From an uncultured archaeon (GTDB taxonomy: Archaea > Asgardarchaeota > Lokiarchaeia > Sigyniarchaeales > SOKP01), in the NCBI GenBank assembly GCA_964486045.1, contig CAZALK010000007.1:32001-96000 (forward strand): DNA of 64,000 nt, written 5' to 3'. Of this stretch, positions 9,918 through 19,988 are shown one piece after another. Position 1 is the first letter of the stretch. Each line of letters starts with the position of its first letter. The translations under genes and the position numbers were made by a program. The notes beneath the pieces are model-generated. The model had not been told where the DNA came from. It saw only the letters and a list, made by a program, of their open reading frames with translations, and did no database searches.

Positions 9918-12212
9918 TCATCTATAGGTTTTCGAAATATAGTCAACAGCCTTATTCACATCCTCCTTTCCGGACTTTACCTCAAATTCCTTATCAATTT
10001 CCTCGGAAATAATATCTCTTTCAGCTCCAACTCTAAAGGAAATTGTGGAGTAATCGTCATCTAAATAAAAAGGAAAAAAATCTATGCCAGAACCCTGATA
10101 AAATTTTCCTAAAAACTCATAAAAATGTAACCTCATTGCATTTAAAAAGACTAATAATCCCTCTAACAAAATAACAATCAAGTTCCCAAAAATCGACCCT
10201 ATAAGTTGTACAATCTCTATACCTATTCCTTCTCCTTCAACAATATTGACCATGGCGTTGATAGAGGTCAAGAGAGCAATATGAGCAAGTGCTAGAGCTA
10301 ATAATCTAATATATGAAGCTACATTGCTCATAACGGATAATACTGTATCAAATGCCTCGATTGATCCTTCACCTATTAAACTTCCGATAGATTCTTCTTG
10401 TAGGTATGAAATCTTGAATATTTTTCCTAGAGGTTTTAATAACAATAATAAAAGCCCTGGTATCACCGTTAATAAGATCGGAAAAGGAGGTGCAATCCAT
10501 ACATAAATGTCAAAACCAATTCCTAAAATCAAAACTGCCCCACCAACTAGTAAAAGAATCTTAATGAGAGAATCACTAAATGCTAGATATTTCCTTTTTT
10601 GTTTCCAATAATTCAGGAATTGAACGAACCACCCCAAGCAAATGTGAAAAATACCAATTATTACAGTAAATTTGAATACAGTCATAATTTCATTTAAGGG
10701 ATTAACCCACAATGGTTCAATGTGAAATAATGTAATTCCGAAAAATTCTATCTCCCCATGCAAACCAAAAAACTCTCCGTATAAAAATCCTACTAAGAAA
10801 GCCGCAATGCCGCAATAAAAAATAATCCAACACATATTACGAGTATCTCTGCTTCGCTTCCTTAAAATAATGGTCCCTAATAATCCAGAAATGATGAGGA
10901 CTAAACCATGCCCAATATCGCCAAACATCAAACCAAACAATATTGGAAATGTAATAGCTAAGAACGGTGTAGGATCAATCTCAGAATAGGTTGGGGTTCC
11001 ATACAATTTTAATATTGTTTCAAAAGGTCTAAAGAAAAATGCGTTTTTCATAACGGTCGGAGTTTCATTTCTTAAATCTTCCTCTTCCTCGTGTTCCTCA
11101 GATGATTCATCATTGTCTTTATCTAAAATTTCTCCTTTTTTTATTCCTTTTTTTAATCCTTTTTTTAATCCTTTTTTTAATCCCGATTTTTTTAAATCAG
11201 TTTCATATATGGGTTTATTTTTATGGATATCTAACGTTTCTATTACTATGTTATCTTTGAAATTCGTAAATAGAATTTGCTCAATTTTCTTCTTTTTTGA
11301 TGATGGTACAAAAAAATTAAGTATTAAACGATTGGATAATGTTCTTTCAAATTGATGATCTGCCCAGTTGTATTCCTCAATATTTTGTACGATTTCATTA
11401 ATTCCTGCGAATTTCAGCATATTTATATCTATAATTCTCTGTAGTTCCTTTCGATATCTAGATAATTCTTGTTCTCGAAAAGATAGTTCACCTTCAATTC
11501 GTGTAAAATTGATCCCTTCTTTTGACAAATATCTTCTCATTATTGAGACTTCTTCAGAATGTATTAAGCGGATTCTCCCATTAAACTCATCTTCTTTATC
11601 TTTAGGGTAAAAAATATAAAATCCAATACGATCCTCAGCAACCTCGAATGTTTCATAAAAGTTAGGGAATTCAGAGAAATCAAAAAGATTGGTTAAATTG
11701 TTTAAATTCTTGGAAAACGTTGTAAATACTCTAAAATTAAAGTGATTTAAATTTGAGATATTTTCTCTATTTAGCATTATTTTTTCTAAATATAGGTAAC
11801 TGGTTTTGATAACATGTAGCTTTTCTAAATCAATTAATTCTTTTGAAATGTACCTATTTAATTCAGTAGAGCGATTGGTATAAAACTCAATATCCTCTAA
11901 GATATGGTTAATTAAGTCGTTAATATCGTTTGCGACAAACTCAGCTCTATCTTTTTTATCAACTTTTAAATCTACAAAATCATATGGGTTAATGTTAAGC
12001 TTCTTGAATAAGTCATCCAAATTTTCTCTTAATTTTTTAATTTTTTCTAAAAGTGGCTCTTTTTCCTCAAGGTTTTCTTTAATTTTTGGCTTTTTTTTTT
12101 CCTTGATATGAACAGAATTTATATTTGAGAGCTCAATCAATAGTTTATCCTTTAGATTATTACTTATCTCTGCTTTCATTAAAGTAAATATTTTTTCACT
12201 ACTTTTTCCCAA
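9918..12212 (-). CDS. atpI: A/V-type ATP synthase subunit I (a)
   Basis: YGTP.YSEIDPT, FGLMFGDIGHG, SNVASYIRLLAL and RLHFYEF..KFY.G motifs. Confidence 0.95.
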   Translation of the reverse strand: MGKSSEKIFTLMKAEISNNLKDKLLIELSNINSVHIKEKKKPKIKENLEEKEPLLEKIKKLRENLDDLFKKLNINPYDFVDLKVDKKDRAEFVANDINDLINHILEDIEFYTNRSTELNRYISKELIDLEKLHVIKTSYLYLEKIMLNRENISNLNHFNFRVFTTFSKNLNNLTNLFDFSEFPNFYETFEVAEDRIGFYIFYPKDKEDEFNGRIRLIHSEEVSIMRRYLSKEGINFTRIEGELSFREQELSRYRKELQRIIDINMLKFAGINEIVQNIEEYNWADHQFERTLSNRLILNFFVPSSKKKKIEQILFTNFKDNIVIETLDIHKNKPIYETDLKKSGLKKGLKKGLKKGIKKGEILDKDNDESSEEHEEEEDLRNETPTVMKNAFFFRPFETILKLYGTPTYSEIDPTPFLAITFPILFGLMFGDIGHGLVLIISGLLGTIILRKRSRDTRNMCWIIFYCGIAAFLVGFLYGEFFGLHGEIEFFGITLFHIEPLWVNPLNEIMTVFKFTVIIGIFHICLGWFVQFLNYWKQKRKYLAFSDSLIKILLLVGGAVLILGIGFDIYVWIAPPFPILLTVIPGLLLLLLKPLGKIFKISYLQEESIGSLIGEGSIEAFDTVLSVMSNVASYIRLLALALAHIALLTSINAMVNIVEGEGIGIEIVQLIGSIFGNLIVILLEGLLVFLNAMRLHFYEFLGKFYQGSGIDFFPFYLDDDYSTISFRVGAERDIISEEIDKEFEVKSGKEDVNKAVDYISKTYR
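11133..11183 (-). repeat. 12-nt tandem repeat encoding (KKGL/I)n in atpI
   Basis: About four tccttttttta(a/t) units, read as GLKKGLKKGLKKGIKKG. Confidence 0.85.
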
Positions 12213-12260
12213 TATAATAGCCTCTTATTGTAAGTGTTTACTATCTAATTTCTAATATTA

Positions 12261-12899
12261 TTATTTATGTTCGATTATTATATCTTTAATCTTTTTTAAG
12301 CGAACAAAGTTTTCTCGGTCCACTTCTTCAAGTATTGCCTTTATGTGTTTGACGTTTAACTTCAATCTAGGTATGATTACATTTTTCAATCCACTTATCC
12401 TCCTGTTAATTTTCTTAAAGTTAAGAGCATGCTTCAACATTAAGTCTTCGATTTCAGAGAAATGGAAAAGATTAATGAAGAGATCTTTTAACATCCTATT
12501 TAAATCATCAACATAATGACTGGTATTTTCGAAAGTATAAGCGGGAAGTTTTTCTTCTTGCTTAAGTTCGTATGTTATTTCTGGTACAACAATCCCGATT
12601 TTCTTTACATATTGAATATTTATGGTTGGCGTAAATTGTAATTTACTTAATTTACTTATTAAAGTTAAATTTCTTTTACCCATTTCTTTATAGGTTTGAT
12701 ATAATTTTTTTAAAGCTTCTGTGTAAACTTTGATGAATTCTTTTCTATAACCTAAATAATCTTTATATAACTTTTTAATCTGAAATATTAATTGTTCTCT
12801 TTTGAATTCTAAAAAATTTTCCCCTTTTTCAGCGAAAACCAATCTTTTTCGCAATGTCATTAAATTTGTTTTAGTTGGCTTAATATCTCTGAAACTTAT
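12261..12899 (-). CDS. atpD: A/V-type ATP synthase subunit D
   Basis: LEFKREQL, RRISGLKNVIIP and EEVDRENFVRLK. The conserved N-terminal KPTKTNL lies upstream of the first ATG (12860), implying an ATA start at 12899. Confidence 0.9.
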   Translation of the reverse strand: MSFRDIKPTKTNLMTLRKRLVFAEKGENFLEFKREQLIFQIKKLYKDYLGYRKEFIKVYTEALKKLYQTYKEMGKRNLTLISKLSKLQFTPTINIQYVKKIGIVVPEITYELKQEEKLPAYTFENTSHYVDDLNRMLKDLFINLFHFSEIEDLMLKHALNFKKINRRISGLKNVIIPRLKLNVKHIKAILEEVDRENFVRLKKIKDIIIEHK

Positions 12900-12902
12900 A
12901 TC

Positions 12903-14294
12903 TTACACCTTTGAATGATAATGTTTATCGATATAATACTGATGAATTCGAAGTAATTGATTTTTATTTAAGTTAGAGAGTACGTCCCAAGCAAGATTCA
13001 ATGTACTGTTAAAATCTCTATTTTCGTTTGATTTTTGATCCATGAATTTTTGTTCAAAATCATTACTAAATTTTAGTAACTTTCTTTGATCAAAATTAAG
13101 ACCATCCTCTCCTACGATTGAAATAAGGTCTCTCACTTCAAGAGAGTTAGAATATGAAGCTAATAATTGGGAACTCACATCAGCATGATCCTCGCGAGTA
13201 TTTTCTTTTCCAATTGCATCTTTCATTAATCGTGAAATAGAAGCTAAAACCTCAAACGGTGGGTATACTCCTTTCTTATGTAAATTACGACTTAGAACTA
13301 GCTGCCCTTCTGTAATGTAGCCAGAGGTGTCTGGAATAGGGTGAGAAATATCATCGTTGGGCATCGTGAGAATCGGGATTTGAGTTATCGACCCTTTCTT
13401 CCCTTTAATTTTTCCTGTACGCTCGTAAATTGAAGCAAAATCAGAATATAGATAACCGGGATATCCTTTCCTACTAGGAATTTCTTCTTTCGCTGAACTC
13501 AATTCTCTTAGAGCTTCCGCATAATTAGTCATATCAATTAAAATCACAAGTACGTGCATGCCTTTCTCAAAAGCAAAATATTCTGCAGTGGTTAGTGCCA
13601 CCCTTGGAATTATTATCCGTTCTATAATTGGATCATCGGCGAAATTTATGAAAGAAATGATATTTTGGAGGTTCCCACTCTCTTGAAAACGATTCATGAA
13701 ATAAATTGCTTCATCTTGAATAATCCCAATCCCACAAAAAATGATCGCAAAAGGTTCTTCCGACATAACCTTAGCTTGAGTAACAATTTGAGCAGCAAGT
13801 TTGTTATGGGGCATCCCTTGTCCGCTGAAGATTGGGAGTTTTTGGCCTCTAATCAATGTAAACAAACCGTCAATTACAGAAATCCCCGTTTGGATTACAT
13901 CAACAGGATACTCTCGTGCAAAGGGATTAATTGGCACTCCATTTATGTCTCTCTGAACATCAGTTAAAATTTCAGAGTTAGATATTGCTTTAGTCTTAAT
14001 ATCAATTGGTTTTCCCATTGAGTTAAAAGTTTGCCCAAACATATCTTTTGAAATTTTTACATTGAAAGTTTCATCAGTAAATGTAATTTCAGCATTTTCA
14101 GAAGAGATTCCAGTTGTGTCTTCAAAAACTTCAACCACTATTACATCTTCAGTCATTTTTATGACTTGTCCAGTCCGATTTTGGCCATCGGTCGTTTTAA
14201 TTTGGACAATTTCCCCATATTGAACATCATGTAAATTTTCTAAAAATAATAACGGTCCAATAATTTGGTTAATTTTATTATATATTACGCTCAT
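12903..14294 (-). CDS. atpB: A/V-type ATP synthase subunit B
   Basis: RGQKLPIFSG, DMTNYAEALRE, GYPGYLYSD and HPIPD.SGYITEGQ. Confidence 0.96.
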   Translation of the reverse strand: MSVIYNKINQIIGPLLFLENLHDVQYGEIVQIKTTDGQNRTGQVIKMTEDVIVVEVFEDTTGISSENAEITFTDETFNVKISKDMFGQTFNSMGKPIDIKTKAISNSEILTDVQRDINGVPINPFAREYPVDVIQTGISVIDGLFTLIRGQKLPIFSGQGMPHNKLAAQIVTQAKVMSEEPFAIIFCGIGIIQDEAIYFMNRFQESGNLQNIISFINFADDPIIERIIIPRVALTTAEYFAFEKGMHVLVILIDMTNYAEALRELSSAKEEIPSRKGYPGYLYSDFASIYERTGKIKGKKGSITQIPILTMPNDDISHPIPDTSGYITEGQLVLSRNLHKKGVYPPFEVLASISRLMKDAIGKENTREDHADVSSQLLASYSNSLEVRDLISIVGEDGLNFDQRKLLKFSNDFEQKFMDQKSNENRDFNSTLNLAWDVLSNLNKNQLLRIHQYYIDKHYHSKV

Positions 14295-16135
14295 TTTCCT
14301 TTAAAAGCTCCATGTAATAATTTTAAAGTTTCAATTTCATTGAGTAAATTCTTCTTTAAAGTTTCAATTAAATAAAAATCTTCATTTCGAATAACATGAT
14401 TTATTCTTAAAATACCATTAACTATTTCTAAATCTTTGACATCATCCATTAAAAAGCCTTGTTTAAAAAGTTCTTTTCCTTCTTTGAACAACAATAAAAT
14501 AAGTTTAATTATACCTAATAATTTTTTAGTATCTGTATAATTATCAATATCATCAAAAGCGCTTTGTATTAGAAAACCATTTTTAATCAACTTTGCTATA
14601 AATAAAATTAATTGTTGTTCGTCTGGTAAATTTTCTTCCCCAATTAACTGAGTAATATAGTGTAATTCATGATCATAAGATAAGATTTCATTTACTTGCT
14701 TTCTACACCGAGACCAGTCAAGATCTATTTCAGGCCAATCAAAATTTCTCTCAAGCCACCATTCTGTAATGTATTCTGGATAATTGGAATATGAGTTAAG
14801 CCAGTTTATTGCTGGATAGTGCTTCGAATATGCCAAGTTTGAATCCAGAGCCCAAATTCCTTGAACAAAATTTTTGGTTGTGGCTGTCACAGGTTCGCTA
14901 AAATCTCCAGCGGGCGGAGATATTGAACCAATTATAGTTAATGACCCTGATTTTTCATTACCTAGCTCGTCAGTTCCAAGTAATTTAACCACACCAGCTC
15001 TTTCATAAAAACTCGAGAGTTTAGAGGGTAAATAAGCAGGATACCCTTCTTCTGCTGGCATTTCTTCTAATAATCCGGAAATTTCTCTCAAAGATTCTGC
15101 CCATCTTGAAGTGCTATCTGCCATAACAGCAACATCATATCCCATATCCCTGTAATATTCAGCGATGGTGACTCCTGAAAAAATATTTGCTTCCCGTGCG
15201 GAAACAGGCATATTTGAGGTATTTGCAAAAAGAATGATACGTTCCAGCAATGGACGGCCAGTTTTGGGATCAATAATTTCGGTAAATTGTTTTAAAACGT
15301 CTGCTATTTCATTTCCTCGCTCCCCACACCCAATAAACACGATTACATCAGCGTCGCACCATTTTGCCAAAGATTGCTGAATCACAGTTTTTCCGGTTCC
15401 AAATCCTCCTGGAACACCGCAAGTACCTCCCTTTGTTATGGGAAATAATAAGTCGATGACTCTCATCCCCGTTATTAGTGGTTCATTCGGTAAATATCTC
15501 TCCTTAAATGGTCGAGATTTGGTTATTGGCCATTTTTGTAGCATTGAAAAAGATCTTTTATCATCTCCCACTTTTACTTGATAAATATCATCGATTATTG
15601 TATAATCTCCCTCTTCTACTATATGAATTAATTCTCCTGAAATCCCAGGAGGAATCATAATTTTATGAGAGATAACCTGAGTTTCTTGGATTATTCCAAC
15701 TACATCTCCACTATTTATGGTTACTTTTACCTTTTTTGAGGGAATAAAATGCCATTTTTTTGTTCTTGATAATGATGGTATCTCAAGCCCTCTTTTTAAT
15801 CCACCGTCTTTGAAAATTTCAAAAGCTTCTTGAAGAGGTCTTTGGATTCCATCAAAAATGTTTCCCAATAACCCTGGAGCTAATTCCATTGAAAGTGGTT
15901 CGTTTAATCCTTCTACCTTATCACGAATTCTTAAATTTATAGTATTTTCAAAACATTGAGCAACTACGTGATCGGAATAGATTTGAATGACTTCTCCTAG
16001 GATATTATGATTAATAATTTTAATTAGATTATGTAGTTTTATTGAGTTTTCAATCCCCCTGATATGGATTAAAGATCCGTTGATAGCTGAAATATAACCT
16101 TCCTGCAAGGTTGAATCAGATTTGGATTTGATCAT
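14291..16135 (-). CDS. atpA: A/V-type ATP synthase subunit A (canonical catalytic copy)
   Basis: GGFGTGKT, GCGERGNE and ADSTSRWAE..RE; directly upstream of atpB. Confidence 0.96.
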   Translation of the reverse strand: MIKSKSDSTLQEGYISAINGSLIHIRGIENSIKLHNLIKIINHNILGEVIQIYSDHVVAQCFENTINLRIRDKVEGLNEPLSMELAPGLLGNIFDGIQRPLQEAFEIFKDGGLKRGLEIPSLSRTKKWHFIPSKKVKVTINSGDVVGIIQETQVISHKIMIPPGISGELIHIVEEGDYTIIDDIYQVKVGDDKRSFSMLQKWPITKSRPFKERYLPNEPLITGMRVIDLLFPITKGGTCGVPGGFGTGKTVIQQSLAKWCDADVIVFIGCGERGNEIADVLKQFTEIIDPKTGRPLLERIILFANTSNMPVSAREANIFSGVTIAEYYRDMGYDVAVMADSTSRWAESLREISGLLEEMPAEEGYPAYLPSKLSSFYERAGVVKLLGTDELGNEKSGSLTIIGSISPPAGDFSEPVTATTKNFVQGIWALDSNLAYSKHYPAINWLNSYSNYPEYITEWWLERNFDWPEIDLDWSRCRKQVNEILSYDHELHYITQLIGEENLPDEQQLILFIAKLIKNGFLIQSAFDDIDNYTDTKKLLGIIKLILLLFKEGKELFKQGFLMDDVKDLEIVNGILRINHVIRNEDFYLIETLKKNLLNEIETLKLLHGAFKGK

Positions 16136-16793
16136 ATTTTCTTAGAACTTCTGTTATTTTATTTTTCTGAATCTGAATAAAATTATCTAACTTATTTTCT
16201 ATTGATTTCATCTCGATATTGTCAATAATCTTCGAGATTTCCATCTGTATATACACAGAGTTTTTGTCTATTAAATTCTTAATTGTGTAATCATAAGATA
16301 TCAGCCCTCCACTGATCCTAACTTTAAACCCTCCAATAAACTCTTGTTTATCTTCGTGAATTTCGACCGGAACATCAAAAATCTTTTCTAATTTACTATA
16401 ATTCTTCATAAAGTAATCAAAATCTTTAGAATTAAGAAGAAGTTCAATATCTTGATGTCTTTTAATGTTAGGATTGACTTTTTTTGTTAAGTCTATTAAA
16501 TATTTGATATAATTTTCGTAATTTTTTTTTATTTTCTCACTTATCAAAGAATTTAACGTTATTTTTAGATTGCTAATTAATTCATTTTTTGTATTCAAAG
16601 CGATTTCTTTTCCTTTCAACAGGGTAGAAGATAGAGATTGATTTAAATAATTCGTATAGTTTTTTGCGAATCGTTTTCTAATTTTTGAAGACCTTTCTAA
16701 AGTCTTATCAATGTATCTTTTTTTAATTTCAGCTTTTTGAAACAAGGTTTGTTGATTAAGATCTTTAATTTCTTTCTGCGCTTTTTCAATCAT
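16116..16793 (-). CDS. atpE: A/V-type ATP synthase subunit E
   Basis: Operon position, N-terminal coiled coil and FIGGFKV...YDYTI motif. The frame is open upstream to an ATA at 16841. Confidence 0.8.
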   Translation of the reverse strand: MIEKAQKEIKDLNQQTLFQKAEIKKRYIDKTLERSSKIRKRFAKNYTNYLNQSLSSTLLKGKEIALNTKNELISNLKITLNSLISEKIKKNYENYIKYLIDLTKKVNPNIKRHQDIELLLNSKDFDYFMKNYSKLEKIFDVPVEIHEDKQEFIGGFKVRISGGLISYDYTIKNLIDKNSVYIQMEISKIIDNIEMKSIENKLDNFIQIQKNKITEVLRKYDQIQI

Positions 16794-16857
16794 AAATAAT
16801 CCTAAATTTCCAATTTTCCCTTTCTCTTCAGAAATATTTATTCAACTCACTATTTAT

Positions 16858-17175
16858 TTATATAATATCTGATACTGCGCCTAGAATTTTATTTAAAATT
16901 AAATCCTCTTTGTCTACATCAGTTTTAAATAAATCAGGCATGATGAATATGAATGGTCTTCTATTATTTATCTTAAAATCAATTATATAATTCGAAATAT
17001 CCTTTGGCAATTCAAGAGCGATGAGAATCATTCCGATGGATGGCCTTTTTATTAGATCTCTAAATAATTTTAAAAATTCTTCACTTTTTTCAACTATAAT
17101 GCCTTCTATTCCCAACATTGCGAGCATTAGCACATGCTCTTCGCTCCCTATAATAATTACTTTTTGATCAGCCAC
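16858..17175 (-). CDS. atpF: A/V-type ATP synthase subunit F
   Basis: 105 aa, VIIIGSEEHV..LAMLGI, P.IFIMPD; operon position. Confidence 0.85.
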   Translation of the reverse strand: MADQKVIIIGSEEHVLMLAMLGIEGIIVEKSEEFLKLFRDLIKRPSIGMILIALELPKDISNYIIDFKINNRRPFIFIMPDLFKTDVDKEDLILNKILGAVSDII

Positions 17176-17486
17176 TAAAAATCAGTACCTAATTTACCTA
17201 TTATAAGCTTCTTTAAATCATCAACATTTTCTTGATACGAGCTTTTGATCTCCTTAATCGCGCTTTTCAGTTCCTTTTCAAATGATTTGATGTTAGAACT
17301 AACCTCATCTGAAAGTACAAGGAGAGTGTCATTTACTAGCTTTTTTTTAAGATCAAGCAACTCTCCTAACACCTTTTCTTGTGAATCACGAAATTCTTCA
17401 ATTTCTTTTAGATTTGCTTCTCTTGCTTTATTAATTAAATCGTCATAAACCTTTTCGATGTCCTTTATCCAGTTAAAAATTTCCAT
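17175..17486 (-). CDS. A/V-type ATP synthase subunit H/G (peripheral stalk)
   Basis: 103-aa coiled coil starting IKDIE...A, within the ATPase operon. Confidence 0.65.
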   Translation of the reverse strand: MEIFNWIKDIEKVYDDLINKAREANLKEIEEFRDSQEKVLGELLDLKKKLVNDTLLVLSDEVSSNIKSFEKELKSAIKEIKSSYQENVDDLKKLIIGKLGTDF

Positions 17487-17500
17487 GATTTCCCTCTTTT

Positions 17501-18553
17501 TTATTTTTTCAATAATTTGAATTTACGCTGCAGTAATTTCACTACTTGTGGTAACACATACAAACGAATTTCATCGTCTTTTTTAATAAGGACTTCTAAG
17601 ATCCTGTAAATAGTCTGATAATCAATGTCATCAATTTTAATTTTAAAAGATTTAAAATAATAATTTACATATATTTTTTCAATCGACCAAATTAAATGTT
17701 TTGGATCCAGTGTTGAAGATATAAAATAAAGTCTAATATCCTTGATTTTCCTATAATATTGGGTTAGATGTAAAATAAAATCGTCAATGTTTGTTAAATT
17801 AATTAAATTCTCCAATTTATCTTTGTCTAAAAATAAAAAATTATCAACCAAAAATTGGGATAACAATTTTGGATCAATCTTGTTAATGATGCCTCTATAT
17901 ATCGTATTTAAATTATATATTTCTGTAGTATATTTGACATATAAAGAGATCATCTTTTTTTCTTTTTTGTCCAATACCTTTATTTCCTTCTTTAAATTTT
18001 CGTAGTATAATTGATCTAAAAATGCTTCTAATACAAAAACTTCATTTTCATTTTTAAAGTAAAGAATTCCTTCTCTTATTGCTCTATTATACTTAGTGTC
18101 TTTCAAATATAGTTGAATTTCATCTAATGAGGAAATTTCAGTTAATCTTTTAATAAAATCCGAATTATTCAAGTATTTCTCTGCAGTTTGGTTAACCATT
18201 GATAACTTTTCATCTGCATTCATCTCTAATATAGTCCCTAAAATGATATTCTTAATATTCCTAATTTCATATTTCAGTAAATAATTTCTTAGAAACCTCT
18301 TCATGTTTATTGGAGTATATGATAAAATTCTTCCTATTAATTTAATATACATTTCAACTAGAGCAACTTCGATATCTTCGATAGTGTATGTATTAATGCT
18401 TAATCCTGGGTAATACATTCTAATAAACTCAATAAGTTGTTTGATTTCAGTAATTTGTTTTAACTTTTGAAGAGTTAAATCATCTATAATTAATTGTTTT
18501 AGAAAAACAATTTTAATGTAAGTAAAAGCGTAAGAATTTACAACAACACTCAT
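17501..18553 (-). CDS. atpC: A/V-type ATP synthase subunit C (d)
   Basis: 350 aa, YEIRNIK, LEAFLDQLYY and EIYNL..IYRG; operon position. Confidence 0.85.
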   Translation of the reverse strand: MSVVVNSYAFTYIKIVFLKQLIIDDLTLQKLKQITEIKQLIEFIRMYYPGLSINTYTIEDIEVALVEMYIKLIGRILSYTPINMKRFLRNYLLKYEIRNIKNIILGTILEMNADEKLSMVNQTAEKYLNNSDFIKRLTEISSLDEIQLYLKDTKYNRAIREGILYFKNENEVFVLEAFLDQLYYENLKKEIKVLDKKEKKMISLYVKYTTEIYNLNTIYRGIINKIDPKLLSQFLVDNFLFLDKDKLENLINLTNIDDFILHLTQYYRKIKDIRLYFISSTLDPKHLIWSIEKIYVNYYFKSFKIKIDDIDYQTIYRILEVLIKKDDEIRLYVLPQVVKLLQRKFKLLKK

Positions 18554-18672
18554 TTAAGAATTCACCAATGCGAAGGGATAAATTGAAGATAAACTTTAAG
18601 AATACTCATCACTCCGATATCTGCATCCTAGATAAATCTTTTTGAATAATCAAGTATAAAGATTTTTGCATT

Positions 18673-19038
18673 TTACGCTGGACTCGGTATTTTAGTCCAT
18701 AATAAAATCGCTACGATTAATCCGTATACCGCTAATGCCTCACATAATGCCACAACTAAAAAAGCCTTAAAAAAAGCTTCTTCTCGTTCGGATAGAGAAG
18801 AAATTGCGGCAGTACCAACAGTTCTGATAGCCCAAGCGCTTCCTAATACTGCTGAACTTACCGAAATCGCAGTAGCTATCGCTAAAGATATCGTTGTCGC
18901 AGTATCATAGTATGCTAAATTGGGGTCTGTTTGAGCGGCTACAAATGAAATGATCCCGTTAGATGTAAAAATTACTAACAAAATCAAAACGATTTGGAAT
19001 GATCCGAGTAATACATAAAATTTCTGTTTACCTTTCAT
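18673..19038 (-). CDS. atpK: A/V-type ATP synthase proteolipid subunit K (c)
   Basis: Hairpin with ion-binding Glu in ALCEALAVYGLIVAILL, preceded by an N-terminal leader. Confidence 0.9.
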   Translation of the reverse strand: MKGKQKFYVLLGSFQIVLILLVIFTSNGIISFVAAQTDPNLAYYDTATTISLAIATAISVSSAVLGSAWAIRTVGTAAISSLSEREEAFFKAFLVVALCEALAVYGLIVAILLWTKIPSPA

Positions 19039-19176
19039 ACTTCTTACATCCTTGTTTAAGTTTAATTTAATTTATAATTTTAAATTTGAATAATATAATT
19101 TAGCGTATAAATTTTCTCATTTCAAGAGAAAAAATGTAGAACCAATACTTAGCTCTAAAAATTAGTAAAAAAAATT

Positions 19177-19821
19177 CTATTGGTACAATAAAATTCTTAT
19201 TAAATCAGCAATATCATGGATTTTGTCGCACATACTCTCCAGTAAAACGATACTGTCTCTAATTCTGAGAAGCTTTCGTATATCTAAGCTCTCGTCAGAG
19301 TATAAGTGTTCTAGAAACTGTCGATATATTATATCAACTTCATTTTCAATCTCGTGAATCATTGTAGTGTTGTTAAAAACAATTTCGGGATTACCTGAAT
19401 CTCTAAGGCTTTTTATTGTAGATTTTAAGACGTCACCCATATTAATGGTCTTATTAATTAATTTTTCATACCTATTCTTTATATCATCATCCTTTCTGTC
19501 GTCTAATTTAATTTTAGGCAGCATATCAACAAACTCAAGTGGATAATTTATCACGTTGTCCATTCGGAGAATCAGAGCAACATAGTCTCCTAGTCCATGA
19601 GCACCAGCTTCAGCATAATTCTGGATCAATTGAATTTTAATACCATCTGCATCCTCTTCACGTAATTGCATTTTTATTTTTTTCTTATCTAAGCTCTCTT
19701 TGTTAGATTCATAGTCTTTCGCCCAGGTTGAATAATAAACACCCATATCTGATATCGTAGAGTACAATATTCTAGAATGCTCAATGAGCATCGAAACAAT
19801 TTCGTCTTTAATTTTGTTCAT
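19177..19821 (-). CDS. DUF47/PhoU-like phosphate transport regulator
   Basis: EEDADGIK, IENEVD..YR and LESMCDKIHD repeated motifs. Confidence 0.8.
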   Translation of the reverse strand: MNKIKDEIVSMLIEHSRILYSTISDMGVYYSTWAKDYESNKESLDKKKIKMQLREEDADGIKIQLIQNYAEAGAHGLGDYVALILRMDNVINYPLEFVDMLPKIKLDDRKDDDIKNRYEKLINKTINMGDVLKSTIKSLRDSGNPEIVFNNTTMIHEIENEVDIIYRQFLEHLYSDESLDIRKLLRIRDSIVLLESMCDKIHDIADLIRILLYQ

Positions 19822-19988
19822 AAGAAATTTGCAACTATATTTAATTTTCTTCTATTAACCTAAATGATTAGATAAATAAAAATATAGGTTTGTTGAAAAT
19901 AAACGGTAATAAGCCCATTATTGCGCCTCACCATCAATTTTCTAATTAGTATTTGAATGATAAATGATTTTTAAACATAAAATTACCT

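Noticed and set aside
12861-12905. atpB-atpD readthrough fusion (same frame, one TAA)
   Set aside because: A stator-rotor fusion is mechanically implausible; an ATA start behind the AGGTG motif explains it.
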